From the IMG/VR virus record IMGVR_UViG_3300049846_002234, positions 1 to 54,940 of that record: DNA of 54,940 nucleotides. One strand, 5' to 3'. Source of the DNA: a virus. Lineage: Duplodnaviria > Caudoviricetes. Shown here one piece after another: positions 46,126-54,082 of this stretch (position 1 is its first letter; each line of letters begins with the position of its first letter). The translations under genes and the position numbers were made by a program. Below the pieces are notes generated by a model, which was not told the DNA's origin, did no database searches, and saw nothing but the letters and a program-made list of their open reading frames with translations.

Positions 46126-46323
46126 CTATCCTTTACACCAGGCGCGAGCCGCCTGCTGTGCGGCGGAGACGCTCGTGAAGCATTCACGACGCACCGCCAT
46201 CCAGTTTTGCTTACCCCGCACCGTCAGGAAGAGCACCTCGAACTGCGCTCTCGCTATCTCCCGCACCTCGGCGCGGTAATGGCCCACGCTGTTCTCGTAG
46301 ACGATGCTGACGATCCTGCCCAT
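46126..46323 (-). CDS. Small hypothetical protein (65 aa)
   Basis: MGRIVSIVYENSVGHYRAEV...AQQAARAWCKG; TGATG-coupled to HNH, GGAG RBS. Confidence 0.7.
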   Translation of the reverse strand: MGRIVSIVYENSVGHYRAEVREIARAQFEVLFLTVRGKQNWMAVRRECFTSVSAAQQAARAWCKG

Positions 46324-46793
46324 CAGATCCTCTCCACCAGTTCCCGAAACTCCCGCTGTCGTGTGTCGATCTCCCACCACAGCAGGTCCAGCCCAGAAAT
46401 GTGGATGACACACAGATCCCGGCTTTCCTCCCACAGCCGGTCCTCCACGTTCTCCTCCGGTGTCGCCCAATAGAGGTGGGAGTAGTTGTTGCAGCAGAGG
46501 CGATTGCCGCAGCGGTGTGCTGCCACCAGATCGCAGTCGTACTCGGCGACTCCCTCGCCGGCGAAGCAGAGCGCGAGGCGATGTGCCTTGAGCAGACGGG
46601 AGCCACGCCCGCCGAGCTGGATCACCCCCCGGTGCCCCTTCTTCCGCTTGTGGTTCCGCGAGAGCGTACCACGCCAGGGCCAGCACCCGGTGAGGCCGGC
46701 ACGCATGTCGACCTTGGCCCAGAAGCGATCCCACAAGGGAATGGCCGGCTGGGCCCGGCGGGCGGCGATCAGGGTGTCGATGGGGGCGGGCAT
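46323..46793 (-). CDS. HNH endonuclease (phage HNH_3 type)
   Basis: RFWAKVD...CWPW.G...AHRLA...HRCGNRLCCN..HL...T..EN..D. Confidence 0.9.
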   Translation of the reverse strand: MPAPIDTLIAARRAQPAIPLWDRFWAKVDMRAGLTGCWPWRGTLSRNHKRKKGHRGVIQLGGRGSRLLKAHRLALCFAGEGVAEYDCDLVAAHRCGNRLCCNNYSHLYWATPEENVEDRLWEESRDLCVIHISGLDLLWWEIDTRQREFRELVERI

Positions 46794-46796
46794 CGG

Positions 46797-47078
46797 CTAC
46801 TCCGTGATGCCCTTCAAGTGCGCCCGCAGCCGGGGCGTCGAATTGATGATCGCCTGCCACGCCTCCGACTCGTCACACACCAGGTGGATCCCCGGCGTCC
46901 GCATGAGCGCCTCCATCGCCATCGCCCACTCGACCAGCTCCAAGAGTACCTGCGCGTCGGTGGCGGAGAGCGACGGCGTGCAGATGAACAGACTCTGCCG
47001 TGTCGCGTACTCCAAAATCTCCCGCTGCTCCTGCAACACCGTCTGCGACAACGGACACGGCTTGATACGGTGCGGCAT
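46797..47078 (-). CDS. Hypothetical protein
   Basis: ATG 47078 with GAGGAG/AGGA upstream. Confidence 0.6.
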   Translation of the reverse strand: MPHRIKPCPLSQTVLQEQREILEYATRQSLFICTPSLSATDAQVLLELVEWAMAMEALMRTPGIHLVCDESEAWQAIINSTPRLRAHLKGITE

Positions 47079-47097
47079 CTTCCTGCTCCTCAGTACG

Positions 47098-47111
47098 AGT
47101 ACGTACGTACT
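47098..47111. promoter_or_regulatory. 14-bp perfect palindrome AGTACGTACGTACT
   Basis: AT-rich intergenic palindrome upstream of the 47078 gene. Confidence 0.4.
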
Positions 47112-47337
47112 ACCTATCGTGTGCGCGTCGTTCCTGGCGGCGGCGCTCCCGGCACGTCGGGCAGCGCCACGGGTTCGTTTCCTGCTCTGGGTTCGGCGCC
47201 CCGCACTTCGGGCAGCGTCCCTGCGCGATCCGCTTGTGGTGCCAGCTCCTGCGGATCTCCCGGAACGCCTCGAGTGCTGCCGGCGTCTGCTTCGACGTAG
47301 AGGAGAAGTACCTGCGATCCGTTTTCGATGTAGGCAT
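47110..47337 (-). CDS. Small basic zinc-finger protein
   Basis: RIAQGRCPKCG...RCPTCRERRR. Confidence 0.6.
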   Translation of the reverse strand: MPTSKTDRRYFSSTSKQTPAALEAFREIRRSWHHKRIAQGRCPKCGAPNPEQETNPWRCPTCRERRRQERRAHDR

Positions 47338-47443
47338 GCGTCACCATATGGACGGCGCCGTGGCCGGCGACCATGACGGGAGCACCTCCCGAGACGCGCA
47401 TGGATGCCTCGACCAAGGCGATAGTGAGATCGCCGAGCGTCAC
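47114..47443 (-). CDS. Hypothetical protein overlapping the Zn-finger ORF in another frame
   Basis: GTGA-coupled to upstream gene; first ~55 aa look globular. Confidence 0.45.
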   Translation of the reverse strand: MTLGDLTIALVEASMRVSGGAPVMVAGHGAVHMVTHAYIENGSQVLLLYVEADAGSTRGVPGDPQELAPQADRAGTLPEVRGAEPRAGNEPVALPDVPGAPPPGTTRTR

Positions 47444-47652
47444 GCCTCGCGCTCCTGCTTCGCCTTTCGCTGCTCGGCGTGCTCCACCAGATCCCGTCCC
47501 AGCTTGTCCGCCGCGTCCCTGGCCGCCTGGGTGGCGATGAACGCGGCACGCTCCTGCTGGGCCGTCATGAAGCTATTGGCCTCGGGCGTGAGCGACTGCA
47601 CCGACACCTGGATGCGGAAGTGCTGGTCTTCGTTGCTGCGATCGATCTTCAT
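47440..47652 (-). CDS. Hypothetical helical protein
   Basis: ATG 47652 after GAGGAGG; TTGACA on - strand at 47686-47691. Confidence 0.7.
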   Translation of the reverse strand: MKIDRSNEDQHFRIQVSVQSLTPEANSFMTAQQERAAFIATQAARDAADKLGRDLVEHAEQRKAKQEREA

Positions 47653-47766
47653 GGGAACCTCCTCACTGTTCGTGGACGGGTGGGATGTCAATAGCAGGCA
47701 ACCTGATGGCTCGGGGATCGCCACCCCAACCACCGGATCGTCCACGGTCCCACATAGCGGCAGTTG

Positions 47767-49794
47767 TCAGACATACTCCCCGAGCTCCTCCGGCGTCATC
47801 CCCTTCGCCCACTCCGGGATCTCATCCGTCGCCGTGATCACCGCCCTGAACCCTGCCGCCAGGTTGTTCTCGTCCTTGTCGCCCACCACGTTCTGGATGT
47901 TCGGTGCCACGGCCGAGTTCCTAAGTGTGCTCGGGCGCAGCGTGAAGGTCGGGTGGAAGCGACTCTCCCCGTCCAGGCGCTTGCGAATGCCGATCGCGTA
48001 GGTGCCTCTGACCTTCCCCAGCGCCCGCAGATCGAGGAGGATCGCGTAGAACGGATCCTTGGTGCTCGCGCGCAGCCTGGTGAGGGTATCCCGATCCGTG
48101 CTGTCCTTCTTCGTCTTCTTGTTCCGCCCGGGCTTGTGGCGCTTGTGCTTCATGTAGGCGAGCACCTGGGGCGGCGAATCCGGGTTGAAGGGCTCCTGCC
48201 AGTACCACCGCTTCACGAAGACTTCCCGCTTCTCCAGCGACGGTGACAGGCTCTTGTCCGTACACCGATGGCGCTCCTGTACACCCTCAGCGCCGCAGCT
48301 TCTGCAGCACCACAACGTGCGAGGCACCGTACGATCGACCACACGCGCCTGCTTGTAGAGCTCGATCTTCAGCGGATCCTTGTCGTCGGCGTCGGCGAGG
48401 GGGGCGCCCGTCCTGGTGTTCATCAGTCGCGCCTTCCCATGATCACCAACCGGGGGCTTGGTCAGCCCTTCCTTGGGGGTGAGCTGTCGGAGGGCTTCCG
48501 GGACGATCTCTTGCAACGTCCGCAGCCGGTGCCGTACCTCGAGGGTCAGCTCCGCTTCAAACGTCTCCAGCTTCGGGCGATCCACATGGATCCCCAGGTG
48601 CTGGGCCGGCTTCAGGACATCCTGCATGTAGGTCACGGTGTGGCGGTACGCCGTGTCCCACTGCCCGGCCTCCTTGAGATCCTGCATCACCCCCAGCAGG
48701 ATCCTGAGCGTCTGCGGCCCGTCGCACGCGGCGTAGTAGCCCGGCTCGGTCGAGAACTTGTGTTTCCACGCGCCGTGACGCGAGTAGAACGGCGCCCAGA
48801 AGCCCATGCCTAGCGGGATGTTGGAGTTGAGGTGGTGCGCGAGCCACATGGCATCGAGGACCACGCCAGGGATCCGGTGGCCGAACGCCAACAGCCGGCG
48901 CACGTCGTAATCGCCGTTCCACATCGCGTGCCGCTTGGCAGCGGTGATGAGACGCCGGATCAGCGGCAGGTACTCCGCTGTGTGCGGGACGGTGATCCCC
49001 TGGTCGCGGTGGAAGGCGAAGTTCACCCGGTCGATCTGGAAGCTCTTGTCGTTCTCGTCCAGCTCGTCCTCGGCCTTCCCCTTCTCCTTGTCGGGCGTCT
49101 CGATGTCGGTGGCGAGGATGATCTGAGGGTTGTCCCGCTGCTCCGCCTCGAACGCCTCGACGTAGCCTTCAAACCACTCCACCGGCGGGTCGATCACCGT
49201 CTCGATCGGATCAGGCTTGTACTCCCCGCGTAGTACTTCCAGCGCCACCTGCAGGTCGAAGCTCACCACCCCGAAGAGGTTGATCGCGCCCCGCTGCAGA
49301 TAGCTCGGGTGGAAGGTACACACCACCTTGCTTCCGTCGGGACGGTCATGCACCGTGCCGTGGAAGTTGTTCACCTTCACGTCGTCCACCGAGAAGTTCC
49401 AGAGTCCCAGCGCCTCACGGATGGCGGTGCTCCCCAGGGCGACGACCACCCGGGCCTCGCGCTCGCTGCTCTCCCGATGCTGTCGGCAGTGATCCGCCGC
49501 CGCCTGGGCCCAGCCCTGCTTGATCTCGAACCCCGGCGGGACGCAGCGCAGCACATTCTCATGCCGGTAAGCGTCGCGGCTCACCCCATTGCGGCTGAGG
49601 ATGCGCGTGTGCATCCCCCCGGCCGCCCCGACGAAGGGGCGGCCCATGATCGCCTCTTCGTACCCTGGAGCTTCCCCCAGGAAGAGGAGATTGGTGAGCG
49701 GGCCCGACCCAGGGACGTAGCCATGCCCCATCGCGTGGAGCGGGCAGCCGAGACAGGAGGTGGGCTTCTGGTAGCGGGGGAGCTGATTAGACAT
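47767..49794 (-). CDS. polA: Family A DNA polymerase, N-terminal half: family-4-like UDG + 3'-5' exonuclease + thumb
   Basis: CLGCPL, GEAPG, RPFVG, FHPSY (UDG); DIET, NGDYD, YAACD (Exo I-III); FNPDSPPQV, PNIQNV; ATG 49794 after GGAGGAGG. Confidence 0.9.
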   Translation of the reverse strand: MSNQLPRYQKPTSCLGCPLHAMGHGYVPGSGPLTNLLFLGEAPGYEEAIMGRPFVGAAGGMHTRILSRNGVSRDAYRHENVLRCVPPGFEIKQGWAQAAADHCRQHRESSEREARVVVALGSTAIREALGLWNFSVDDVKVNNFHGTVHDRPDGSKVVCTFHPSYLQRGAINLFGVVSFDLQVALEVLRGEYKPDPIETVIDPPVEWFEGYVEAFEAEQRDNPQIILATDIETPDKEKGKAEDELDENDKSFQIDRVNFAFHRDQGITVPHTAEYLPLIRRLITAAKRHAMWNGDYDVRRLLAFGHRIPGVVLDAMWLAHHLNSNIPLGMGFWAPFYSRHGAWKHKFSTEPGYYAACDGPQTLRILLGVMQDLKEAGQWDTAYRHTVTYMQDVLKPAQHLGIHVDRPKLETFEAELTLEVRHRLRTLQEIVPEALRQLTPKEGLTKPPVGDHGKARLMNTRTGAPLADADDKDPLKIELYKQARVVDRTVPRTLWCCRSCGAEGVQERHRCTDKSLSPSLEKREVFVKRWYWQEPFNPDSPPQVLAYMKHKRHKPGRNKKTKKDSTDRDTLTRLRASTKDPFYAILLDLRALGKVRGTYAIGIRKRLDGESRFHPTFTLRPSTLRNSAVAPNIQNVVGDKDENNLAAGFRAVITATDEIPEWAKGMTPEELGEYV

Positions 49795-50440
49795 GCGCCG
49801 CCTCCTCCGCCGCCACCCGCGCCCGATGCTCCGCCTTGGCCTCGGTGTAGACCCAGGCCGGCGGGTAGTGGAAGCGCACCGCCGGCGCGTTGTAGGCGCC
49901 AGCGAGATGCCAGATCGCCCAGCAGCTCGGCACGGTGTCCTGCGAGTACTTCCCACTCTTCCGGCTCTTGGCATAGGGGTAGCGCGGAAGGTGCAGGATG
50001 TCACTTGGCAGGTGATTCGCCAGGAAGTCCACCTTGGACGGCTCGCTCTTGGTCGCCTCGAAGAAGCTCAGGCGGACGTGCAAGGCGATGATTCGCGCCG
50101 CACGGCTGTGTACCGCGTTCCACAAGATCGGGAACGCCACCGAGTAGGCCGGGTTCTCGACCAGGAGATCGTACGGCTGCCCGCCGTTGGCATCCAGCCA
50201 CACCTGCCACATTTCCGGCTCGCCGGCATCCCCGTGATAGTCCGCCGGCCACACCGGATCGAGATCGTTGGTGATCCAGCGTACGTCGGAGAAGATCTCC
50301 GGGATGCGCCCGCCCCCGACACACGGCGCGAGCCCGACCGCGTTGCACGGCCACCAGCCCCCCACGAGGCGCTCGTATAGCCACTTCACATACGCGCGAG
50401 GCGTCGGGTAGAACTCGTAGGCGTAGGCGTCGGTGCTCAT
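49787..50440 (-). CDS. DNA amino-methyltransferase
   Basis: EFYPTP, LAPCVGGGRI (SAM-binding), ENPAY (NPPY-like catalytic motif). Confidence 0.8.
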   Translation of the reverse strand: MSTDAYAYEFYPTPRAYVKWLYERLVGGWWPCNAVGLAPCVGGGRIPEIFSDVRWITNDLDPVWPADYHGDAGEPEMWQVWLDANGGQPYDLLVENPAYSVAFPILWNAVHSRAARIIALHVRLSFFEATKSEPSKVDFLANHLPSDILHLPRYPYAKSRKSGKYSQDTVPSCWAIWHLAGAYNAPAVRFHYPPAWVYTEAKAEHRARVAAEEAAHV

Positions 50441-50444
50441 GGCG

Positions 50445-50840
50445 CTAGATCGGGAGACGGTTGGAGTACTCCACCTCGTCGTGGAAGTAGGACGACCGCG
50501 CCGTCTCCGCCGGGGCGAAGTGGAGGAGCACGTCCGCAAGCGTGTAGCACACCGGGATCTTGCGCTGCCGTGCCCTGAGCAGCTCAGTGAGGGCGCCAGT
50601 CGAGGTATGCCAGCGGGGGAGGAGCCAGATCCCCGAGCACACACCGAGCTGTTTGAGCCCCTGCTGGATCCAAGCGTCGTATTCCACCTCGAAGGCCCGC
50701 ATGTCGAGCGCGGCGAGGTGCGGGCAGATCGCCCCGATCCCTCGGCTGGTGAGCTCCAGGTAGGCGAGCAGCGCCGTGTTGACGTTGGCCCGCTGCTGTT
50801 CGGGGTTGGGGTCGGTGAGCGGGCCGGCGATGTAGATCAC
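50445..50840 (-). CDS. DUF4406 / nucleoside deoxyribosyltransferase-fold protein
   Basis: IYIAGP...CPH...C..I..LP.W..STGA..E...A. Confidence 0.8.
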   Translation of the reverse strand: MIYIAGPLTDPNPEQQRANVNTALLAYLELTSRGIGAICPHLAALDMRAFEVEYDAWIQQGLKQLGVCSGIWLLPRWHTSTGALTELLRARQRKIPVCYTLADVLLHFAPAETARSSYFHDEVEYSNRLPI

Positions 50841-50842
50841 GG

Positions 50843-51082
50843 TCAGTCCTTCCTCGCCAGCACGGCGCGTACAAAGCAGTCCTTCGCCTCGAGCAGCTTA
50901 CGCATCCCCGCCACCAGCTCCGCCATGTCGAGGGGATTGCCCGACTCTTCATGCGCGGCAGCGATCTCCACCAGATCCTTCACCGTCTCGCTGATGAGGG
51001 CGCTGACGTTCTGCGCCGTCCCCGGGCGGAGGTGGGCGAAGGTGAAGTACTTGAGGATGGGCAGCTCGCTAGGCCGGGTCAT
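50843..51082 (-). CDS. Conserved small helical-hairpin phage protein
   Basis: YFTFAHL...AGMRKLLEAKDCFVRA; ATG 51082 after GGAGG. Confidence 0.8.
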   Translation of the reverse strand: MTRPSELPILKYFTFAHLRPGTAQNVSALISETVKDLVEIAAAHEESGNPLDMAELVAGMRKLLEAKDCFVRAVLARKD

Positions 51083-51380
51083 TGTCCGGCGCCTCCTGCA
51101 TGATCTCCTCCTCAGTCGCCAGTGGGCGCGGATCGGGATCCTCCTCCAGCCGCTCTTCCAGCATCGGCACCACGCCACGCTCGAGAATCTCCGGGAACGT
51201 CCCCAGCGTCGCCCCCCGAATGCTCCAGGGCACACCACCATCGCTGTGCCTCTCCGTGATCGACCGAGCGATCGTCCCCTCCACCCAGCTCCGAGGGCCG
51301 GTGTACTCGATGATCCGCAGCACCCGCACCCGGTCCTCGGCTGCCGCTGCCAGTACCTCTCTGAATCTGTCGCTCGCCAT
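51069..51380 (-). CDS. Hypothetical protein
   Basis: RVLRIIEYTGPRSWVE; GAGGAGG RBS. Confidence 0.7.
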   Translation of the reverse strand: MASDRFREVLAAAAEDRVRVLRIIEYTGPRSWVEGTIARSITERHSDGGVPWSIRGATLGTFPEILERGVVPMLEERLEEDPDPRPLATEEEIMQEAPDNDPA

Positions 51381-51481
51381 ACTCGCCTCCTCGCGCCTGT
51401 AGTTGGCGGCCTCAGCCCTAGCCGCCCACGCCCACCCTACCTAGCCTGTTTGCCGACCCGTGGGTTCCACCCTGGCTCCAG

Positions 51482-51850
51482 CTACCGCTTCTGCAGTCGC
51501 CGCCGCTTCTCTTCTACCCTGGCCTTCCACGCCTGTTGCAGTTCCACACCGTGCGCCCAGGAGAGTGTGAGTTGCGGCCACGGCACACCGCGTACCATCC
51601 CTGGGGGCAGCTCGTCGTCCTCCGCCCTATCCAGCCACACCCGGGTGTTCAACCCGTCGTAGTCGTGGGCGATCAGCGTGATCGCATCGAGATCGACCAT
51701 CCCCATCCCGTTAGGGAGCTCGTACAGCGCCGTCTGCGCCAGCTCCCGCATGACGATCTCGGTGTCGCGGATGCTCGCCGAGGCCTTCCACAGCAGCCAC
51801 AGCAGCAGCACCACAACGCCGGTTGTCCCTGCCCACAGCCAGTCCATCAT
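51482..51850 (-). CDS. N-terminal TM hypothetical protein
   Basis: TAATG-coupled to helicase, GGAGG RBS; hydrophobic N-terminus. Confidence 0.65.
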   Translation of the reverse strand: MMDWLWAGTTGVVVLLLWLLWKASASIRDTEIVMRELAQTALYELPNGMGMVDLDAITLIAHDYDGLNTRVWLDRAEDDELPPGMVRGVPWPQLTLSWAHGVELQQAWKARVEEKRRRLQKR

Positions 51851-53403
51851 TACCTCCACCGTTCCACCCGAGGATCGAAGTTGGTCTTGGCGCGGAGCTG
51901 TTCCATCGTCCCGACGATCTGCAGCCCGGCGAGCGTCCTAGCACGACTCACGCCCACGTAGAGCATGGCCGGCGCTGCCCAGAAGGGGTCAGCGATGTTG
52001 AGCTGTACCTCATCCAGGCTGAGTCCCTGACTCTTGTGTACCGTGGTGGCGTAGGCCAGCCGTAGCGGCATGTAGGTGATCGTCCCTACCACCTCCCACG
52101 GCTGCTTGCGGTCGCCGGTGGGCTTCCTGAACTCGGCCTCGACCATGGGGATCGTCACCACCCGCTCGTTGCGCCGGAGCTTCACTTGCGCGGAGCGTTG
52201 AGTGGGTTGGTCCGTCGAGCTGCTCGCGCCTGGCCCCAGGTACTCCGCCAGATCTCCATTGGCCGCCACCAGCTCCCGATCCCCGCCGAGGTTGTCGTAG
52301 AAGTTGGAGAGCACCATCACGAGCGCCCCTGGCTTGAGGGCCAGCGTCGCGGGGATGTTCTTCCACTCCGGGCGCTCCTTGCCCTGCCGGGTGGAGGTGT
52401 AGAGGACCGGCGCCGTCGTCAGCTCCCGGAGGCGCAGCAGATTGTGCCGATCCACCTCGGCGTTCTTCGCGTAGATGGTCGTACCGGGGAAGTGGGGGTC
52501 TCCGCTCCGTCGCAGGCACGAGCGGAGTACCTCGAGCGCTTCGAGCGCCTCCCGCTTCCTGAGCGCCTGGAGCGCGGCGACGAATCCCAGGTCGGCCTGC
52601 CGATGGATCTTCGTCAGCCGTACGACGTTCGGCTCGAAGTGCTCCGCCCACTCAGGGGCTTCAAAGGCGTACTTCGCCTTCTCCACCCGGCGCTTGGCCG
52701 TGCCATCCTCCTTGGTCTCCTTGGCGCCGATCGGCGGGAGCTGCAGGAAGTCCCCGACCAGGGTGAGCCCCATTTCCGGCTCGTCCCCGACCAGCACGGC
52801 GCTCTCGTTGTTCACCTCTTCCAGTGCCCGTACCAGGAGAGTGAGCGCGTCGGCCTCCATCATGCTCACCTCGTCCAGGATGATCCGGGTGAGCCCGCCG
52901 GTGCGGAGCTTTCGCAGGCGGTTCTGGAGGAAGTTGTGCAGGTAGTTCTCGCGGAGCGATGCGGTATCGAAGTAGCCGAGCAGGCTGTTCACCGTCACGG
53001 CATCGCCCAGGTTCACGGCCGCAATCCCCGTGGTCGCGCAGAGCACGGCGCCGGGGTGTTCCTGGGCCCAGGCCCGCATGATCGTCGTCTTGCCCGTGCC
53101 GGCGCTGCCGGTGACGTAGCAGTAGCGCGCGTTGGGGACCGCCGAGGTATCGACCACGAGCGGCGTCGGCTTCGGCGTCTCCTCAGGTACGTCCTCGAAG
53201 AAGGTGATCGTCTCGGGGGGCGTTGGAGAGGCTGGCGTGTCGTCATAGCCGCACCCCCAGCAACGCGCGTTCAGCTTCACCACCCCACAGATCGGGCACT
53301 CTGGTGGGTCTTCCCCTGCTGGAGGCGCAGGCGCCGGCGTCTTCGGTGTCTCCACCGCGTACGCCGGCAGCCCGCCATCGTCGTAGTCGTCGTAGTCGTA
53401 CAT
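51850..53403 (-). CDS. PIF1-like SF1B helicase with N-terminal zinc ribbon
   Basis: GSAGTGKT, ATTGIAA, DEVSM, GDFLQLPP, HRQ, PLRLAYATTVHKSQGLSL, YVGVSRA; CPIC..CWGC. Confidence 0.93.
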   Translation of the reverse strand: MYDYDDYDDGGLPAYAVETPKTPAPAPPAGEDPPECPICGVVKLNARCWGCGYDDTPASPTPPETITFFEDVPEETPKPTPLVVDTSAVPNARYCYVTGSAGTGKTTIMRAWAQEHPGAVLCATTGIAAVNLGDAVTVNSLLGYFDTASLRENYLHNFLQNRLRKLRTGGLTRIILDEVSMMEADALTLLVRALEEVNNESAVLVGDEPEMGLTLVGDFLQLPPIGAKETKEDGTAKRRVEKAKYAFEAPEWAEHFEPNVVRLTKIHRQADLGFVAALQALRKREALEALEVLRSCLRRSGDPHFPGTTIYAKNAEVDRHNLLRLRELTTAPVLYTSTRQGKERPEWKNIPATLALKPGALVMVLSNFYDNLGGDRELVAANGDLAEYLGPGASSSTDQPTQRSAQVKLRRNERVVTIPMVEAEFRKPTGDRKQPWEVVGTITYMPLRLAYATTVHKSQGLSLDEVQLNIADPFWAAPAMLYVGVSRARTLAGLQIVGTMEQLRAKTNFDPRVERWR

Positions 53404-53433
53404 GGTCGCCTCGCCTGCGAACGTACGGAGCGC

Positions 53434-53646
53434 CTAGCGTGTGCTGGTGAGCGTCACGGTGGCGCCCACCTGGGGGGCGATCTGCTTGAGCAGATGCCGC
53501 ATGGAACGCCGCAGCGCATCCTTCCGCGCGTACGACTCCTTGCTCGCCGCGATCACCCGATTGCCGCGTCGCAGCTCCCAGCCCCAGGTGCCCGTCGTGC
53601 GCTGTACGGGCACGAGCACGATCTTCGCGCGTGAGGGCTTGGCCAT
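53434..53646 (-). CDS. YegP/DUF1508-like protein
   Basis: W.WEL..GNRVIA.S.ESY.RK..L. Confidence 0.7.
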   Translation of the reverse strand: MAKPSRAKIVLVPVQRTTGTWGWELRRGNRVIAASKESYARKDALRRSMRHLLKQIAPQVGATVTLTSTR

Positions 53647-53649
53647 GGC

Positions 53650-54003
53650 TCAGTGCTTTCCGCCGGGGAAGATGATCGGCGACGGCGGCGCGGGCGGCTC
53701 CCCGGCTGGGGCGGCATCCACCCCCACCAGGAACCCGGGGATGGCCCCACCGGGCATGGCCGCCACGGCGAGATCCATCGAGAACATGAGGCGCTGAGCG
53801 CCGGGCGGCATCTGCGGGTCGAGGATCGGGTCCACGCTCACCAGTTGCATCACCGTGGGAGCGTTGCTGTTGGGGAGGAAGAGGATCTTGTCGCCCAGCG
53901 CCACGGGGATGCCGAGGCGATCGGTGAAGTTCAGCGGCGTGCGCTGTGTGACCTGGGCGTCGTTGTCGTGCTGGCTGTGTCCGTTGCCGTTGTTGCTGCT
54001 CAT
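53650..54003 (-). CDS. Hypothetical protein
   Basis: DRLG.PV..GD.I SH3-like start; GC3 bias. Confidence 0.7.
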   Translation of the reverse strand: MSSNNGNGHSQHDNDAQVTQRTPLNFTDRLGIPVALGDKILFLPNSNAPTVMQLVSVDPILDPQMPPGAQRLMFSMDLAVAAMPGGAIPGFLVGVDAAPAGEPPAPPSPIIFPGGKH

Positions 54004-54027
54004 GGGTGCGACTCGATTCTTGGAAGT

Positions 54028-54065
54028 GGGAGGCTCGAGAGGGGGTATCCCCCTCCCGAGCTCCC
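54028..54065 (-). terminator. Intergenic hairpin
   Basis: gaggggg-tat-ccccctc inner stem with gctcg/cgagc and ggga/tccc outer pairing. Confidence 0.5.
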
Positions 54066-54082
54066 GCCGGGGTGCGCGACGG

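Noticed and set aside
45451-47766. Split intein or group I intron joining the polymerase halves
   Set aside because: No C/S-start or HN-C intein ends; gap is packed with ORFs and I could not see an intron core (covariance search still needed)
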